A DNA stretch of 64,000 nucleotides from an uncultured archaeon. Lineage in GTDB: Archaea > Asgardarchaeota > Heimdallarchaeia > Heimdallarchaeales > Heimdallarchaeaceae. The notes beneath the pieces are model-generated. The model ran no database searches, was not told where the DNA came from, and worked only from the letters and a program-made list of their open reading frames with translations. Both the position numbers and the translations under genes were made by a program. Positions 52,015-62,346 of this stretch are shown here, one piece after another. The stretch covers positions 52,841-116,840 of the forward strand of contig CAZHRF010000004.1 in the NCBI GenBank assembly GCA_964534625.1, read 5' to 3'. Numbering within the stretch: the first letter of the stretch is position 1; the number at the start of each line of letters is the position of its first letter.

Positions 52015-53262
52015 CTATTTTTTAAATAATACAATTCGATTGGTATTGGTTCCAAAAGAATTATTGTCCACACCCCAAATATTAGCAGTTTTTGTGAATT
52101 TTTGTAAATTTATTATAATGCTTATAATATCAAATCCCGCATCTAATCCCAATGGAACTACATGTTCATCTAGTTTTATCTTTCCTTTTCTTACCTCGCC
52201 AACTTCAAATGCTACATATCCACCCTTACTGATTAATCTGTAAAATTCTTTAAATGCTTCGCCCATTATCTTCTTCCATTCATCTAGTTTTTTGGGTGTA
52301 GTTATTTTTTCTTCCACTTTTTTGATATCTATATTATTGAACCAGCACCTTAACCAGTTATCTTTAGAATACTGAACTACATCTAAGAAAGGAGGAGAAG
52401 TTACTAATAAGTCAACACTCTCGCTTTTGATTTTATCTTTAGTATAACGTGCATCTTTTGTTAGAAAAATTGATTTCTTACCAGCTTCCCGTAAATTGTT
52501 TTTCTTGGATCTTGTTACATCTCGCATTAGACTTTTAGATTTCTTAATTATTCTAGGTTTTATCTCTCTATATTCTGGTTTTTGCCCTCTTTTTTCATTT
52601 AATTTGTTCTGACGCTTTTGGGATACAGCTTGATTTGGAGGTAAAGTATAGACAGAAAAGAAACCCTTTGAATGTCCTGTTAGTCTATTGGTAGTCACCA
52701 TTCTAATCCATTTATCTATATAATCCTCTTCATTATTTTCTAAAGATGAGATGAGATACTTTTTCAAAGAAACTATTTCAGCTTCAGTTTTGGGATGATA
52801 GAACATAGATAGATCGATATTTGCTCGTTCTGAATAGTCAAAAGATATTTTGTTAAGTCTTCTCTTAATATCATCTAAATCTGGGCAAAAAAACCTAGGA
52901 TATGCTAGGATCTCACTTAAAGGGTTAATATCATTAGAAATAACATTACGACCTAGTAATCCCGCCTCAACAACGCTTGTCCCCCTTCCGCTAAATGGAT
53001 CATATACAACATCATCCTTATTTGTTAGTAATTTTATGAAAAAACGAGGCAATTCAGCTTTAAAACAAGCCCTATATGAAATTTCATGTATTGAGTTTGA
53101 TTGTCTTTGTTTGGATGTCCAATATTCATTAATAAACCGTTTGATTTCTTTGCCATCAATATTTATCGTATCCACTTTCGTAGGATTTTGCTGGTCAGTA
53201 CTAAAAAAGTGATCTAAATTAGTTTTAAGTGTATAATTTTTTAGATCATCATTATTTTTCAT
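52015..53262 (-). CDS. Orphan amino (N4-C/N6-A) DNA methyltransferase
   Basis: Motif I DPFSGRGT, motif IV TSPPF; no adjacent endonuclease. Confidence 0.88.
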   Translation of the reverse strand: MKNNDDLKNYTLKTNLDHFFSTDQQNPTKVDTINIDGKEIKRFINEYWTSKQRQSNSIHEISYRACFKAELPRFFIKLLTNKDDVVYDPFSGRGTSVVEAGLLGRNVISNDINPLSEILAYPRFFCPDLDDIKRRLNKISFDYSERANIDLSMFYHPKTEAEIVSLKKYLISSLENNEEDYIDKWIRMVTTNRLTGHSKGFFSVYTLPPNQAVSQKRQNKLNEKRGQKPEYREIKPRIIKKSKSLMRDVTRSKKNNLREAGKKSIFLTKDARYTKDKIKSESVDLLVTSPPFLDVVQYSKDNWLRCWFNNIDIKKVEEKITTPKKLDEWKKIMGEAFKEFYRLISKGGYVAFEVGEVRKGKIKLDEHVVPLGLDAGFDIISIIINLQKFTKTANIWGVDNNSFGTNTNRIVLFKK

Positions 53263-53338
53263 AAATACTTATCATCTCTTTCCCACTTCATGGTGATATA
53301 AGAATACTACAGACTGATATCTAATAAGTACTATTCAC

Positions 53339-55300
53339 TTACCCTAAATATTTTTTGATGAATTCATCCCAGCTTAGGATCTCAACCCCGATTTTTCTTG
53401 CTTTCTCAAGTTTAGTTTTTCCAGGGTTCTCTCCATAAACTAGCAGATCTAACTTAGAACTGACCGATTGTTTCCACTCAAATCCTTGATTGACGCAAAA
53501 TTCTTCAACCTCTGTTTTAGTTTTACCTTCAATTTTCCCTGTAACATAAAGCGAAAGACCTTTGTTACTTTGCACTATTTCTTCAATTTCGGTTTCCTCT
53601 TTTTGAATACCTAAAAAGACATCTAAAGTTTTTTTTCTTTGCTTGATTTTCTGTTTGGAAGATTTTTCTGTTGGATAAAGTATTTTTCCTCCTTTTTCTA
53701 AGAAAGCTTCGATTTTTTCATTATGATTTATACCCCTTAAGATCTTTTCAGCAGTTATCTCAGATATGCCTTCGATTTTGCACAATTGCTCAATTGTCGT
53801 ATTCCGTAATTTCTCAATTGAGGAATAATGTTTTGCTAATGTTCGTCCCATCACTTTGCCTAACGATTCTACTCCCAAACCTGCCAAGAAAAGGTGAAAA
53901 GGTAATTCTTTTTTTTCTTGAATATTCGTATATATTTTTTGACCATTTTTACCCAGTAAATCTACGAGCTGATCCTTCTTTAATATATAAAGATCTGTAA
54001 AATCTTCTATCAATCCTTTTTCATATAATTTATCGATATTACGGTTTCCTAGACCGTCAATTTTGATTGTTTTAACAAAATAGTCTAATTCTGCTTTATC
54101 TCTTGCAGGACAAACTTCTCCCGTACAATAAGCATTTACCTCTCCTTTTTGTTTACGTACCTCACTTCCACAACTTGGGCATGTATCCGGGATAGGTGCA
54201 GTTCCTTTAGTCTGCTTATTCACCACTTCTTCTACTTTAGGGATAACATCACCTGATCTCACTACGTAAACCTCATCCCCAATATTCAAGTTTAATTCTT
54301 GTAAGAACTCTGCGTTGTGTAAAGTCACTCTGCTTATTTTTGCTCCAGATATAATAACTGGTTCGAGTTCAGCTACTGGTGTTAGAACAGATGTTCTTCC
54401 CACTTGCCATACAATATCCTTTATTGTGGTTATCTTCCCTTGACTCTCGAATTTCAAAGCTATTTGCCATTTTGGATGATGAGAAGTAACTCCGGCTGAA
54501 TTTCTATCTTCTACTCGGTTATATTTAAACACTAATCCGTCAATCTCAAAATCTAAAGTTGCCCTTTTCTTTTTAATGTCTTCGAATTTTTCCCTTATGA
54601 TTCTTTCTTCAGGATTCTCTATTAACTCAAAATCGGAAGTTTGAAAGCCCCATTCTTGTAATAAGTTGATTTTTTCCATTCCTGAAAGATTATCTCGCAT
54701 AAGATCCCATGCATATAACTTTAATTCTCGTTCTTCTAGCAATCGTGGGTCTTTTTGTTTAAGCGTTCCTACAGCTAGATTTCTAGGGTTACTATATTTT
54801 TCCTCTTCTTCTAATTCTTGATTTAATCTCTCAAATTCAGAAATCGTCATATATAGTTCTCCTCTTACTTCTTCTTCTGTTTCTTTTTCAGGTATATATT
54901 TAGGGATGTGTTGTATTTTCATTACATTAAGAGTAACATCTTCACCACTTCTTCCATTACCTCTAGTGGCAGCCAAATTTAACTTCCCATTTTTGTAAAC
55001 TAGTTTTAGAGACAAACCATCAACCTTATACCCCATGGTTAACTCTTTGTTATCTGCCCAAGAAATAACCTCAGTCACATCTTGAGCTTTTCTACAAGAC
55101 AACATAGGAGGATAATGCGGAACATCACCTTGTTCTCTTTTGCCTACAACATCTAATACCGGGTTATCAGGATCTAATCCTTTTAATTCCTCTTCTAAAT
55201 TATCATAGGCTTGATCTGATATTTCAGGATCACCATCGTAATATTTTTTCTTGTGATAAAGCAACAAACCTTCGAGTTCTTTAATTCTATCCATGGACAC
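53339..55300 (-). CDS. ligA: NAD+-dependent DNA ligase
   Basis: YYDGDPEISDQAYD, KVDG, ATRGNG, EVRGE, DGLVFK, RSGDVIP, Zn finger, HhH, BRCT. Confidence 0.96.
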   Translation of the reverse strand: MSMDRIKELEGLLLYHKKKYYDGDPEISDQAYDNLEEELKGLDPDNPVLDVVGKREQGDVPHYPPMLSCRKAQDVTEVISWADNKELTMGYKVDGLSLKLVYKNGKLNLAATRGNGRSGEDVTLNVMKIQHIPKYIPEKETEEEVRGELYMTISEFERLNQELEEEEKYSNPRNLAVGTLKQKDPRLLEERELKLYAWDLMRDNLSGMEKINLLQEWGFQTSDFELIENPEERIIREKFEDIKKKRATLDFEIDGLVFKYNRVEDRNSAGVTSHHPKWQIALKFESQGKITTIKDIVWQVGRTSVLTPVAELEPVIISGAKISRVTLHNAEFLQELNLNIGDEVYVVRSGDVIPKVEEVVNKQTKGTAPIPDTCPSCGSEVRKQKGEVNAYCTGEVCPARDKAELDYFVKTIKIDGLGNRNIDKLYEKGLIEDFTDLYILKKDQLVDLLGKNGQKIYTNIQEKKELPFHLFLAGLGVESLGKVMGRTLAKHYSSIEKLRNTTIEQLCKIEGISEITAEKILRGINHNEKIEAFLEKGGKILYPTEKSSKQKIKQRKKTLDVFLGIQKEETEIEEIVQSNKGLSLYVTGKIEGKTKTEVEEFCVNQGFEWKQSVSSKLDLLVYGENPGKTKLEKARKIGVEILSWDEFIKKYLG

Positions 55301-55666
55301 ACCTACATATTACATTATATTAAGAAGAAATGACTATATAAATATATACAACATATTTTTAATCCTCATACATTACTTCTCAGGAATTTTTTTTCAAGAC
55401 CAGATACTTTCCTGAAATACTAAAAATTTAATCAGTTTAATCATGCTCTTTTTTTTGAAATCAACTACTGGAAAAGGTAATTACATACGAATATATAACA
55501 AGATGAAGCAGTTTATATCGAAGAAGCAGTAAAAAAGAAATCCAAAACAGAAAAGGAGATCATTTTTTAATTCTAGACCCTTCTATACATATTGTGTAAA
55601 TCCATTTAGATAATTTTATTTTTTTACAATAAGTTTTTTAGTAATAAAAACAAATTCATTTACATT

Positions 55667-56857
55667 ATGGAAAATACACCCTTCCCTAAACAAAAAAATG
55701 AACTAGCTATTTTAGGTTATATTGGCTGTATAATTTTAATACTTGTCAATATCTTTTACCTATTTGTTCTATCACAATTAACGCTGGAGTCAATTATGAG
55801 AATATTGAGAATAATTTCTTTATTTGGTTTAATAATGATTGTTATTTCTTTTCTCAATTATATTAAACCATTGGATTCATCAAAATCTACCCTACTCTAT
55901 GTTTTATTTGGGATACAAATCACCTATCGCATCTTAAGATTAGTCATTTTTATCCAATTAGGAAAATTAGCTCCCGTTGTTTCTGTTCTCCTTAACACTC
56001 CTTTGCTTATTCTCTTCATTTATTATTGGAACGCAGGTACAGAATCTAAAATTTTAACAATAACACAAGGAGCATACATGTTTTCTTCATTTGTGACTAG
56101 TTATGTTTATATTGCACCAATATTTATAATCTTTCTATTAACAATCTATGCAAGATATGTATTAATAATCATATGGCTATCACAAGGGATACCTTTACTA
56201 AAAGAAAGACAAGAGTGGATAGAAGAATACGGTTCACCCCACGCTTACCCCCCAGTTCAATCCGAGAAACCTATTAAAACCAACCAATCAGCTATTAACC
56301 CTCAATCTTCATATTCAGCTAGCACCACTAAAAGACGCGGTGAAAGCGATGGTATTCCTCCTTCTACAGGATGGGACCATGGTATTCCCCGTTTAAATTA
56401 CTGGTGTCCTACTTGTAATAAACAAGTTATGTACCGCATAAAGTCAACTGATGATATAGATAAAAAACATCCTTGCCCTACTTGTGAAACACCTTTACTC
56501 AGTTGGTGGGTTCTGATGACCAAAGAAGAGTATATAAGATTTGCAGCTGGGATCTCCGTTTTTGGGGCAGGATTTGCTACCATACTTATTACCACTACAT
56601 TCGGAGGGTATGGAGTTACACCTCTTACTCTCCTTATGATATTATCTCTCGCAGAAGTATTTGGAGGAGTATTCTTTGTTTGGAAAACCATGAAACAAGA
56701 AATTAGTGGTCCCCCACCCTATGCAACTAGTACACCGAGTAAAGCACCTCAAGAGACTTTCATAAAGGAAATGATGATCATTGTAATTATTGCCTTGATT
56801 GGAACACTCGTTGGTTATTTCATAAATGTTTTACTGGTTGGATTATTTTTCTTATGA
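55667..56857 (+). CDS. Multi-pass membrane protein with zinc ribbon
   Basis: N- and C-terminal TM clusters flank a disordered linker and CPTC...CPTC. Confidence 0.75.
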   Translation: MENTPFPKQKNELAILGYIGCIILILVNIFYLFVLSQLTLESIMRILRIISLFGLIMIVISFLNYIKPLDSSKSTLLYVLFGIQITYRILRLVIFIQLGKLAPVVSVLLNTPLLILFIYYWNAGTESKILTITQGAYMFSSFVTSYVYIAPIFIIFLLTIYARYVLIIIWLSQGIPLLKERQEWIEEYGSPHAYPPVQSEKPIKTNQSAINPQSSYSASTTKRRGESDGIPPSTGWDHGIPRLNYWCPTCNKQVMYRIKSTDDIDKKHPCPTCETPLLSWWVLMTKEEYIRFAAGISVFGAGFATILITTTFGGYGVTPLTLLMILSLAEVFGGVFFVWKTMKQEISGPPPYATSTPSKAPQETFIKEMMIIVIIALIGTLVGYFINVLLVGLFFL

Positions 56858-57069
56858 CCTTTTCCTTTTTTCTCTTTTTTTAAATGGTTATTTTTTATTA
56901 AATTATAATTTTTGGATATAACAATATATCCGGAATGGTAGGATTTGCAGTAACTTGATGAACTCCATATCAGTTTAGATATATCAGTACTAGACCACCT
57001 TATGGGTAATACGTTGCGAAAAAATGCGAAAAGTGAGGGGGTTAAAAAGGATCAAGCATAATACGCTAG

Positions 57070-57621
57070 ATGGAGAAAGTACCCAGAACAGAGCAGATGG
57101 AAGTGGGAGAAAACAAAGCACTCGGGAAGCTTTGCCATCGGACAAAGAATCTCTATAATAGAGCAAACTACGTCATAAAACACACATGGAAGGAGGAAGG
57201 GAAATTGGTAGGATACAACACCTTGGCGAGAGAGTTAAAGACAGAAGAGTGCTATAAAGTGCTGCCAGCGCAAACCAGCCAACAGACACTCAAACTCCTA
57301 GGGAGGAACTGGAAAAGTTTCTTTCGAGCGTTAAAAGAGTACAGAAAAGAGCCAAAAAAGTTTCTAGGATGTCCTCGTCCTCCTGCCTATAAAGCTAAGA
57401 AGGGGCAAACTGTTGCTGTTTTTACCAATCAACAGGTGAACATTCGCAATGGATGGATAGTCTTTCCCCGGAAGGCTAATTTCAAGATACAAACACGTTT
57501 ATCTCCACAAACGGATATCAGAGAAGTACGAATCATTCCCCGCGGAGTAGGGTACACGGTGGAACTAGTCTACAAGAAAACCCTGAAAAACAAGAAACGA
57601 GGTAAGAAATTATTTCACTAA
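57070..57621 (+). pseudogene. tnpB: Truncated TnpB (IS200/IS605/IS607 OrfB), N-terminal part only
   Basis: LCHRTKNLYNRANY, LPAQTSQQTL, NWKSFF, PRPPAYK, EVRIIP...ELVY; stops before the RuvC-I IDLG motif. Confidence 0.88.
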
Positions 57622-57743
57622 AAAAGAGAAAAAACTAAAAGGACCAGAGGATTTGCATCATAGAAGCTTTAAGTAAGTAAAGATATTAAGAATAAACGTG
57701 TTTATTTGTCTTCTATAAGGAGTACGTACAACAAAAATAAGAT

Positions 57744-57998
57744 TTATCTATAGACTTTTTCTCGTGAGTTTATTGTTAAGACATAGATATGCATGTTTTC
57801 TTGTTCAATTTCATAGATTATTCTATAATTTCCAACCCTTACCCTATATACTTTTTCCATTCCTCCTATTCTTTTATAAGGAATAGAAAATGGATTTATA
57901 GCAAGTTTCTGAAGGGTTTCAATAATCTTCTGTCTATATTGTACTTGAAGATTTTTGATGAATTTACTTGATTTTTTAGATAATAGTACTTTGTACAT
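57744..57998 (-). CDS. relE: RelE/ParE family toxin
   Basis: MYKVLLSKKS...YRVRVGNYRIIYEI...REKVY. Confidence 0.9.
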   Translation of the reverse strand: MYKVLLSKKSSKFIKNLQVQYRQKIIETLQKLAINPFSIPYKRIGGMEKVYRVRVGNYRIIYEIEQENMHIYVLTINSREKVYR

Positions 57999-58000
57999 TA

Positions 58001-58198
58001 CTATTCCTCAATAAAATCTTCTAAATCTACGTATTCTCCGTTTTTAATTTCTTTACGAATGGACAGAAGTTCTTTTTGCTCTTCTTCATCTAATACTTCA
58101 ATGCCCATAAAATTATCTATTTTGAGATTTAGCTGCTCAAGTAGTTTTTCTATTCTTAGAACTTTCTTGAAGAGTTGATCATTAAGATTGGTTGTCAT
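58001..58198 (-). CDS. Cognate antitoxin
   Basis: 65-aa acidic ORF 2 nt upstream of the toxin; EIKNGEYVDLED tail. Confidence 0.78.
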   Translation of the reverse strand: MTTNLNDQLFKKVLRIEKLLEQLNLKIDNFMGIEVLDEEEQKELLSIRKEIKNGEYVDLEDFIEE

Positions 58199-58489
58199 TA
58201 TTGTTAAATTAGTATCTCAATATAAAATCTTGTTGTTTGAAGAAATTTACAATATAAAGCAATTCATTCTAAATTCAAATTTGATTTTCTTCTTTTATAA
58301 TACCTTTATTTTTTTCTCCCTTCTTGTGAAATAACGATTTTGAACCCATTTGTGTGTGCTTTTAGGAGATGTGAGCCAATCCATATCTGACATTGGATCT
58401 CATTTTAGATAACAATTTTAGCTTTAAAAAGCTTTGATGTGACAAAAAGTGGATAGACTATTCTAAAGTTATTATAGATACATGTTATG

Positions 58490-58525
58490 ATGAGTTCTTT
58501 TGGGTACTTTTGGGTACGTGACCCA
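58490..58525 (+). mobile_element. 36-bp motif (copy 2) at the left inversion breakpoint
   Basis: ATGAGTTCTTTTGGGTACTTTTGGGTACGTGACCCA, 32/36 identical to the reverse complement of 3131-3166. Confidence 0.6.
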
Positions 58526-58821
58526 TCAGAAGGCAGATCTTAGAATTATTAAACAAACAGGGTGCAGTTTCGTATACCGAATTATTAGAACATACAAATT
58601 TAAATTCCGGACCTTTGTATCATCATTTAAGAAAACTTGATCCCTTTATCTTTCAAACAGATGCCAAAAAATATACCTTAAATGAACAAGGTGAAAGGGC
58701 TATAGGTATACTTCGAACTAGTGAAATGGATCGAATACCCTTACAAGAAATTGAAGAGATTACTATCTTTAGTTTATTCGGTGTTTCTCTTGTTCCTCTA
58801 ATAAAATTTTTTGGACTATAA
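58522..58821 (+). pseudogene. 3' part of a split winged-helix (ArsR-like) regulator
   Basis: PIRRQILELLNKQGAVSYTELL...SGPLYHHLRKL...YTLNEQG, preceded by in-frame TGA and lacking a proper start. Confidence 0.8.
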
Positions 58822-58883
58822 ATTCTCTTCTTAACTTTTTCCTCCTTAAATATGAAAGTGAAAATATTTATTTTTAGATAGAT

Positions 58884-60026
58884 ATGGCTTCGAAATCAAA
58901 GAAAAAGGATGAACTTGAAGATTATTTAGACTCCATCGATGATCTCTCATCGTCAATGAAGAAACGCGTTCATACTGTTTTAACTAGTCAAGGCATTATT
59001 GACCCCCGGGGTATTGAAGCTTTAACCAAAGCTGAGTTAGAAGATTTACCAGGTATTTCTGAACGTACTGCTAATTATTTGAAAGAAAGTCCAACTGATA
59101 GCTCTTCAGATTCTCTTTTTATGTCTTTAGAAGAACGCGAGGAAGCTGAAAAAGAAATAGAAAGGATACGAACTGGATCTGAAGATTTGAATGAATTATT
59201 AGGTGGGGGTGTCCCCTTGGGTACATTTGTTGAATTTTATGGTAGCCCCCAATCAGGCAAGACTCAGATGTGTTACACGTTAGCAGTCAATGCTATTTTA
59301 CCTAAGAAATATGGTGGCTTAGGGAGTGGTGTTCTATGGCTTGATACTGAGGGATCTTTTAATTCTAGACGCCTTAAAAAAGTAATGTTTTATCACCAAT
59401 ATACTAACGGTTTGACAGATGCTAATATTGATTTTTCTCTCTTTAATGTTGCAGTTGCCAGAACCATAGATAAGATAGAGATGGCTTTAAAACAAGTAGG
59501 TCCGCTTATTGTTAAAAAGAATGTCAAATTATTAATTGTCGATAGTCTCATGGATCCCTTCAGAGCTGAATATGGTGGTCTCGGTCAGCTAGCTGACAGA
59601 CAAAAACATCTTAATAGATTATTGCATTCACTTATGCGTATCGCAGAGGCGTATAATTTAGCTGTTGTCTATACCAATCAAGTTATGGCCAATCCTGATC
59701 CTTTTGCAACAGCTATGGATAAAGTTATGCCTGTGGGAGGCTTTATTCTAGGTCATGCTTCTGACATACGTGTTTGGTTAAGACGTGCTACTTCTAAAGT
59801 TAAGAAAAAGCACAACTCTGTAAGCGGTAGAAGAGCAATGGTAACTGATTGCGGTTGGTTACCACAAGAAGAATGTCATGTCTCCTTAGGCCCTTTTGGT
59901 GTTTGTAATATTGATGAAGAAGAAGAGCATTACAAATTAGAAGAAAAATTAGGACTGAGCACAAAAAGATTAACTGATGATTTAAAAGAAGAAATATTAG
60001 AAGAAGATACAGAGGAGGAGGAATGA
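58884..60026 (+). CDS. radA: RadA/Rad51-family recombinase (divergent)
   Basis: N-terminal HhH (LPGISERTA), GSPQSGKTQ, DTEGSF, IVDSL, FRAEY...LADRQ, TNQVMANPD, GGFILGHAS. Confidence 0.88.
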   Translation: MASKSKKKDELEDYLDSIDDLSSSMKKRVHTVLTSQGIIDPRGIEALTKAELEDLPGISERTANYLKESPTDSSSDSLFMSLEEREEAEKEIERIRTGSEDLNELLGGGVPLGTFVEFYGSPQSGKTQMCYTLAVNAILPKKYGGLGSGVLWLDTEGSFNSRRLKKVMFYHQYTNGLTDANIDFSLFNVAVARTIDKIEMALKQVGPLIVKKNVKLLIVDSLMDPFRAEYGGLGQLADRQKHLNRLLHSLMRIAEAYNLAVVYTNQVMANPDPFATAMDKVMPVGGFILGHASDIRVWLRRATSKVKKKHNSVSGRRAMVTDCGWLPQEECHVSLGPFGVCNIDEEEEHYKLEEKLGLSTKRLTDDLKEEILEEDTEEEE

Positions 60027-60065
60027 AAAAATAAGGAAAAAAAGCCTTGTTAAGGATCACTTTGT

Positions 60066-61586
60066 TTAATTTTCGTTATTTTCGTTATTTTTGTTATTTT
60101 CGTTATTTTTGTTATTTTCGTTATTTTTGTTATTTTTTCTTGTTTTTTCTAATGATCCCGATCCTAAATCACTCATTCTCTCTTTATAGTCGAATTGATG
60201 ATAATCTATTTTTCGTTGTTCTCTTCCTCTTGCTATATTCTGTTGAACTCGGTCTAAATTATCAAACATAGATTTCTTTTTTTTGGCTCTTTTAATATCC
60301 TTTTCTTTATCCTTTGCTCGTTCTTTAAAGCTTAGTCTCCAGCGTATATATTCTTTTACCCCCATGCCATATTCTTGCATTTTAGCTTTAAGATCTATTG
60401 TCAAGGCGACACTATAACAAATAATCCAGAGGATAAAAAGAATTATCCTAGCAATAAGGATATTTTCTATTTCAACCACTGCAAGTATAGCTGAAAAGAA
60501 AGCGAAAGCAAAGATGGCCATTATTACGGGTAAGAAGAAAAGGAAATACAGAAATTCACTTATAAAATCCGCTATCGAGAAGCCTTTCTCCAGATAATAA
60601 GAGACTACTAGAGTCACAATTATATATGTTGCAAATGCTGAAATAAAAATAATTGAAACAATTTTCATAATAAAAAGAGTCTCCTCTGGCCCATCCCCAA
60701 AGAAAGCATATAAAATGAAAGCCAGTGCTACAAGAAATATAATACCCTCTCGTAATAAACGTTCTTTTGTGAAAGAAAGTGTTCTTTTTGGTTTTTCAAG
60801 TAGTTTTAGAGCTTGTTGTTCTTTATCTATTTCTTCTGGGGATAATAAATCTAACTTCTGTGCAGTAATAGTTGATTGTTTTTGTTTAGGAAGAATTTCT
60901 TTTTCTTGATCATAGCGTACCATCCAGCTCTGTTCAATTTGATGCGGTTTAATATTACGTTTTTTTATCCATGTGCGTATTTTTAATAAATCAGTTGTAA
61001 TCTTGATGCCTACTGCAACCATCAATAGAGATTCTATGAAAGTACTCAATGAAAAAACAATTCTCATTGTTTGATAATCTTGAGCGTGAGATGCTATACC
61101 TGTAACAATACTAATAATAAGCGTATAAAATGCAAATATCCCATATATTATCCCTCCTAGTTTTAGCTTTAAGAGAAAAGCTATTTTTTCCATCAATTTT
61201 TGCAATTTAAGAAAAGCAAATATTCTTCCAAATAAGATTATCATACCTGCTACTGCAGCAATAGCTGGCCACCCCAATAGAATTAGGTTAATAAGAGTAG
61301 CCATTCCAAAAGCAATTAACCACGTTCCGCCTTCTTTTCCAGCCTTTGTGACATGTTCAATAAAATATAATTCAGTGATCGCTTTAATACCAATACCAAT
61401 GGGTATCAGACTAGCTGCTGTTAAACCAAATATTAGATAACCATAGACAGGTTGAGTATAGCTCCACCCTTTGAAATATGAATCTATAATTTTCAATATA
61501 GCAGAAACAATATACAAGCATGTTCCAATAACTATTAATGCCGTATATTCATCTATTTTCTCTCTTTCCGCTTTCATTTTATTCAT
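60066..61586 (-). CDS. Hypothetical multi-pass membrane protein
   Basis: 506 aa, two TM clusters, basic C-terminus ending in NN(K/E) repeats. Confidence 0.75.
   Translation of the reverse strand: MNKMKAEREKIDEYTALIVIGTCLYIVSAILKIIDSYFKGWSYTQPVYGYLIFGLTAASLIPIGIGIKAITELYFIEHVTKAGKEGGTWLIAFGMATLINLILLGWPAIAAVAGMIILFGRIFAFLKLQKLMEKIAFLLKLKLGGIIYGIFAFYTLIISIVTGIASHAQDYQTMRIVFSLSTFIESLLMVAVGIKITTDLLKIRTWIKKRNIKPHQIEQSWMVRYDQEKEILPKQKQSTITAQKLDLLSPEEIDKEQQALKLLEKPKRTLSFTKERLLREGIIFLVALAFILYAFFGDGPEETLFIMKIVSIIFISAFATYIIVTLVVSYYLEKGFSIADFISEFLYFLFFLPVIMAIFAFAFFSAILAVVEIENILIARIILFILWIICYSVALTIDLKAKMQEYGMGVKEYIRWRLSFKERAKDKEKDIKRAKKKKSMFDNLDRVQQNIARGREQRKIDYHQFDYKERMSDLGSGSLEKTRKNNKNNENNKNNENNKNNENNEN
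60070..60135. repeat. 9-bp tandem repeat TTTT(C/T)GTTA, ~7 copies
   Basis: Read directly; encodes NNK/NNE on the minus strand. Confidence 0.93.
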
Positions 61587-61981
61587 GGAACAAAAAATTA
61601 AGACCTTTATAAATTCATACCATTTGAACAGAAGAAAGAAAAAGGATTGAGAGAAGAATAATGGTAAAGAAATGTCTCTTGAAAATTATGTATGAATACT
61701 ATACCCGTTCTTTTCAAGACCTTTCAAGATCTTCTGTGCATTCCAATCTAATTCATTTCCTCTAATCCATACCTCTAGTTTTGGTAGCTCAAGAACCTCC
61801 GAGAGGTGATTTTGTATCGTAACCAGTTAAGCTCTCTCCCGCCCATATGTTCAGGGTAATAAATGTATAGCAACAGTAGCTGAACCATCTTTGGTATATA
61901 CAACAAGAATACGACCACATGAATTATTATTTTTGAAATTTTTTTTCTAAAAGTCTAGATAGCAAAAGTTATTAGGTTTGG

Positions 61982-62269
61982 ATGGGGGTATACAACTTGA
62001 TAACCATGACTGAAGAAATCTCCCTTTCATTGTCATTACCTAAAGATATTCACCAAATAATACGAAGTAAGAATTTATCGAAAGATATCAAACTTTTACT
62101 AGCCTTAGAGTTATATAGAGAGGAAATTATTTCATTAGGTAAGGCTGCCGAAATCGCAGGTATAACAATTCGAGATCTTATGTATGAAATGAAAAAGCGC
62201 AATATTTGTTTCACTTATGATGAGGAAAGCTTTGAAAATGATTTGAATATTATTGGTGAAATCGTTTGA
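61982..62269 (+). CDS. UPF0175 family antitoxin
   Basis: LALELYREEIISLGKAAEIAGI...DEESFENDL. Confidence 0.88.
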   Translation: MGVYNLITMTEEISLSLSLPKDIHQIIRSKNLSKDIKLLLALELYREEIISLGKAAEIAGITIRDLMYEMKKRNICFTYDEESFENDLNIIGEIV

Positions 62270-62310
62270 TAGTGATTTCTAATTCAAGTCCTATTATCAA
62301 CTTTTACAAA
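62266..62310 (+). pseudogene. 5' remnant of a DUF3368 PIN-domain toxin
   Basis: TTGA overlap with the antitoxin stop; MIVISNSSPIINF is a typical DUF3368 start, and similarity is lost after ~14 codons. Confidence 0.7.
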
Positions 62311-62346
62311 AATTGTACCTATGTTATTAAGAACAAGATGATCACC

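Noticed and set aside
989-57971. Numerous 60-120-aa ORFs overlapping long genes
   Set aside because: Shadow frames of well-supported CDSs, with no independent motifs.
60047-60271. 74-aa plus-strand ORF (FRYFCY repeats)
   Set aside because: Antisense artefact of the 9-bp repeat within the 506-aa gene.
61700-61930. GC-richer intergenic stretch, possible gene remnant
   Set aside because: No recognisable family or consistent frame.
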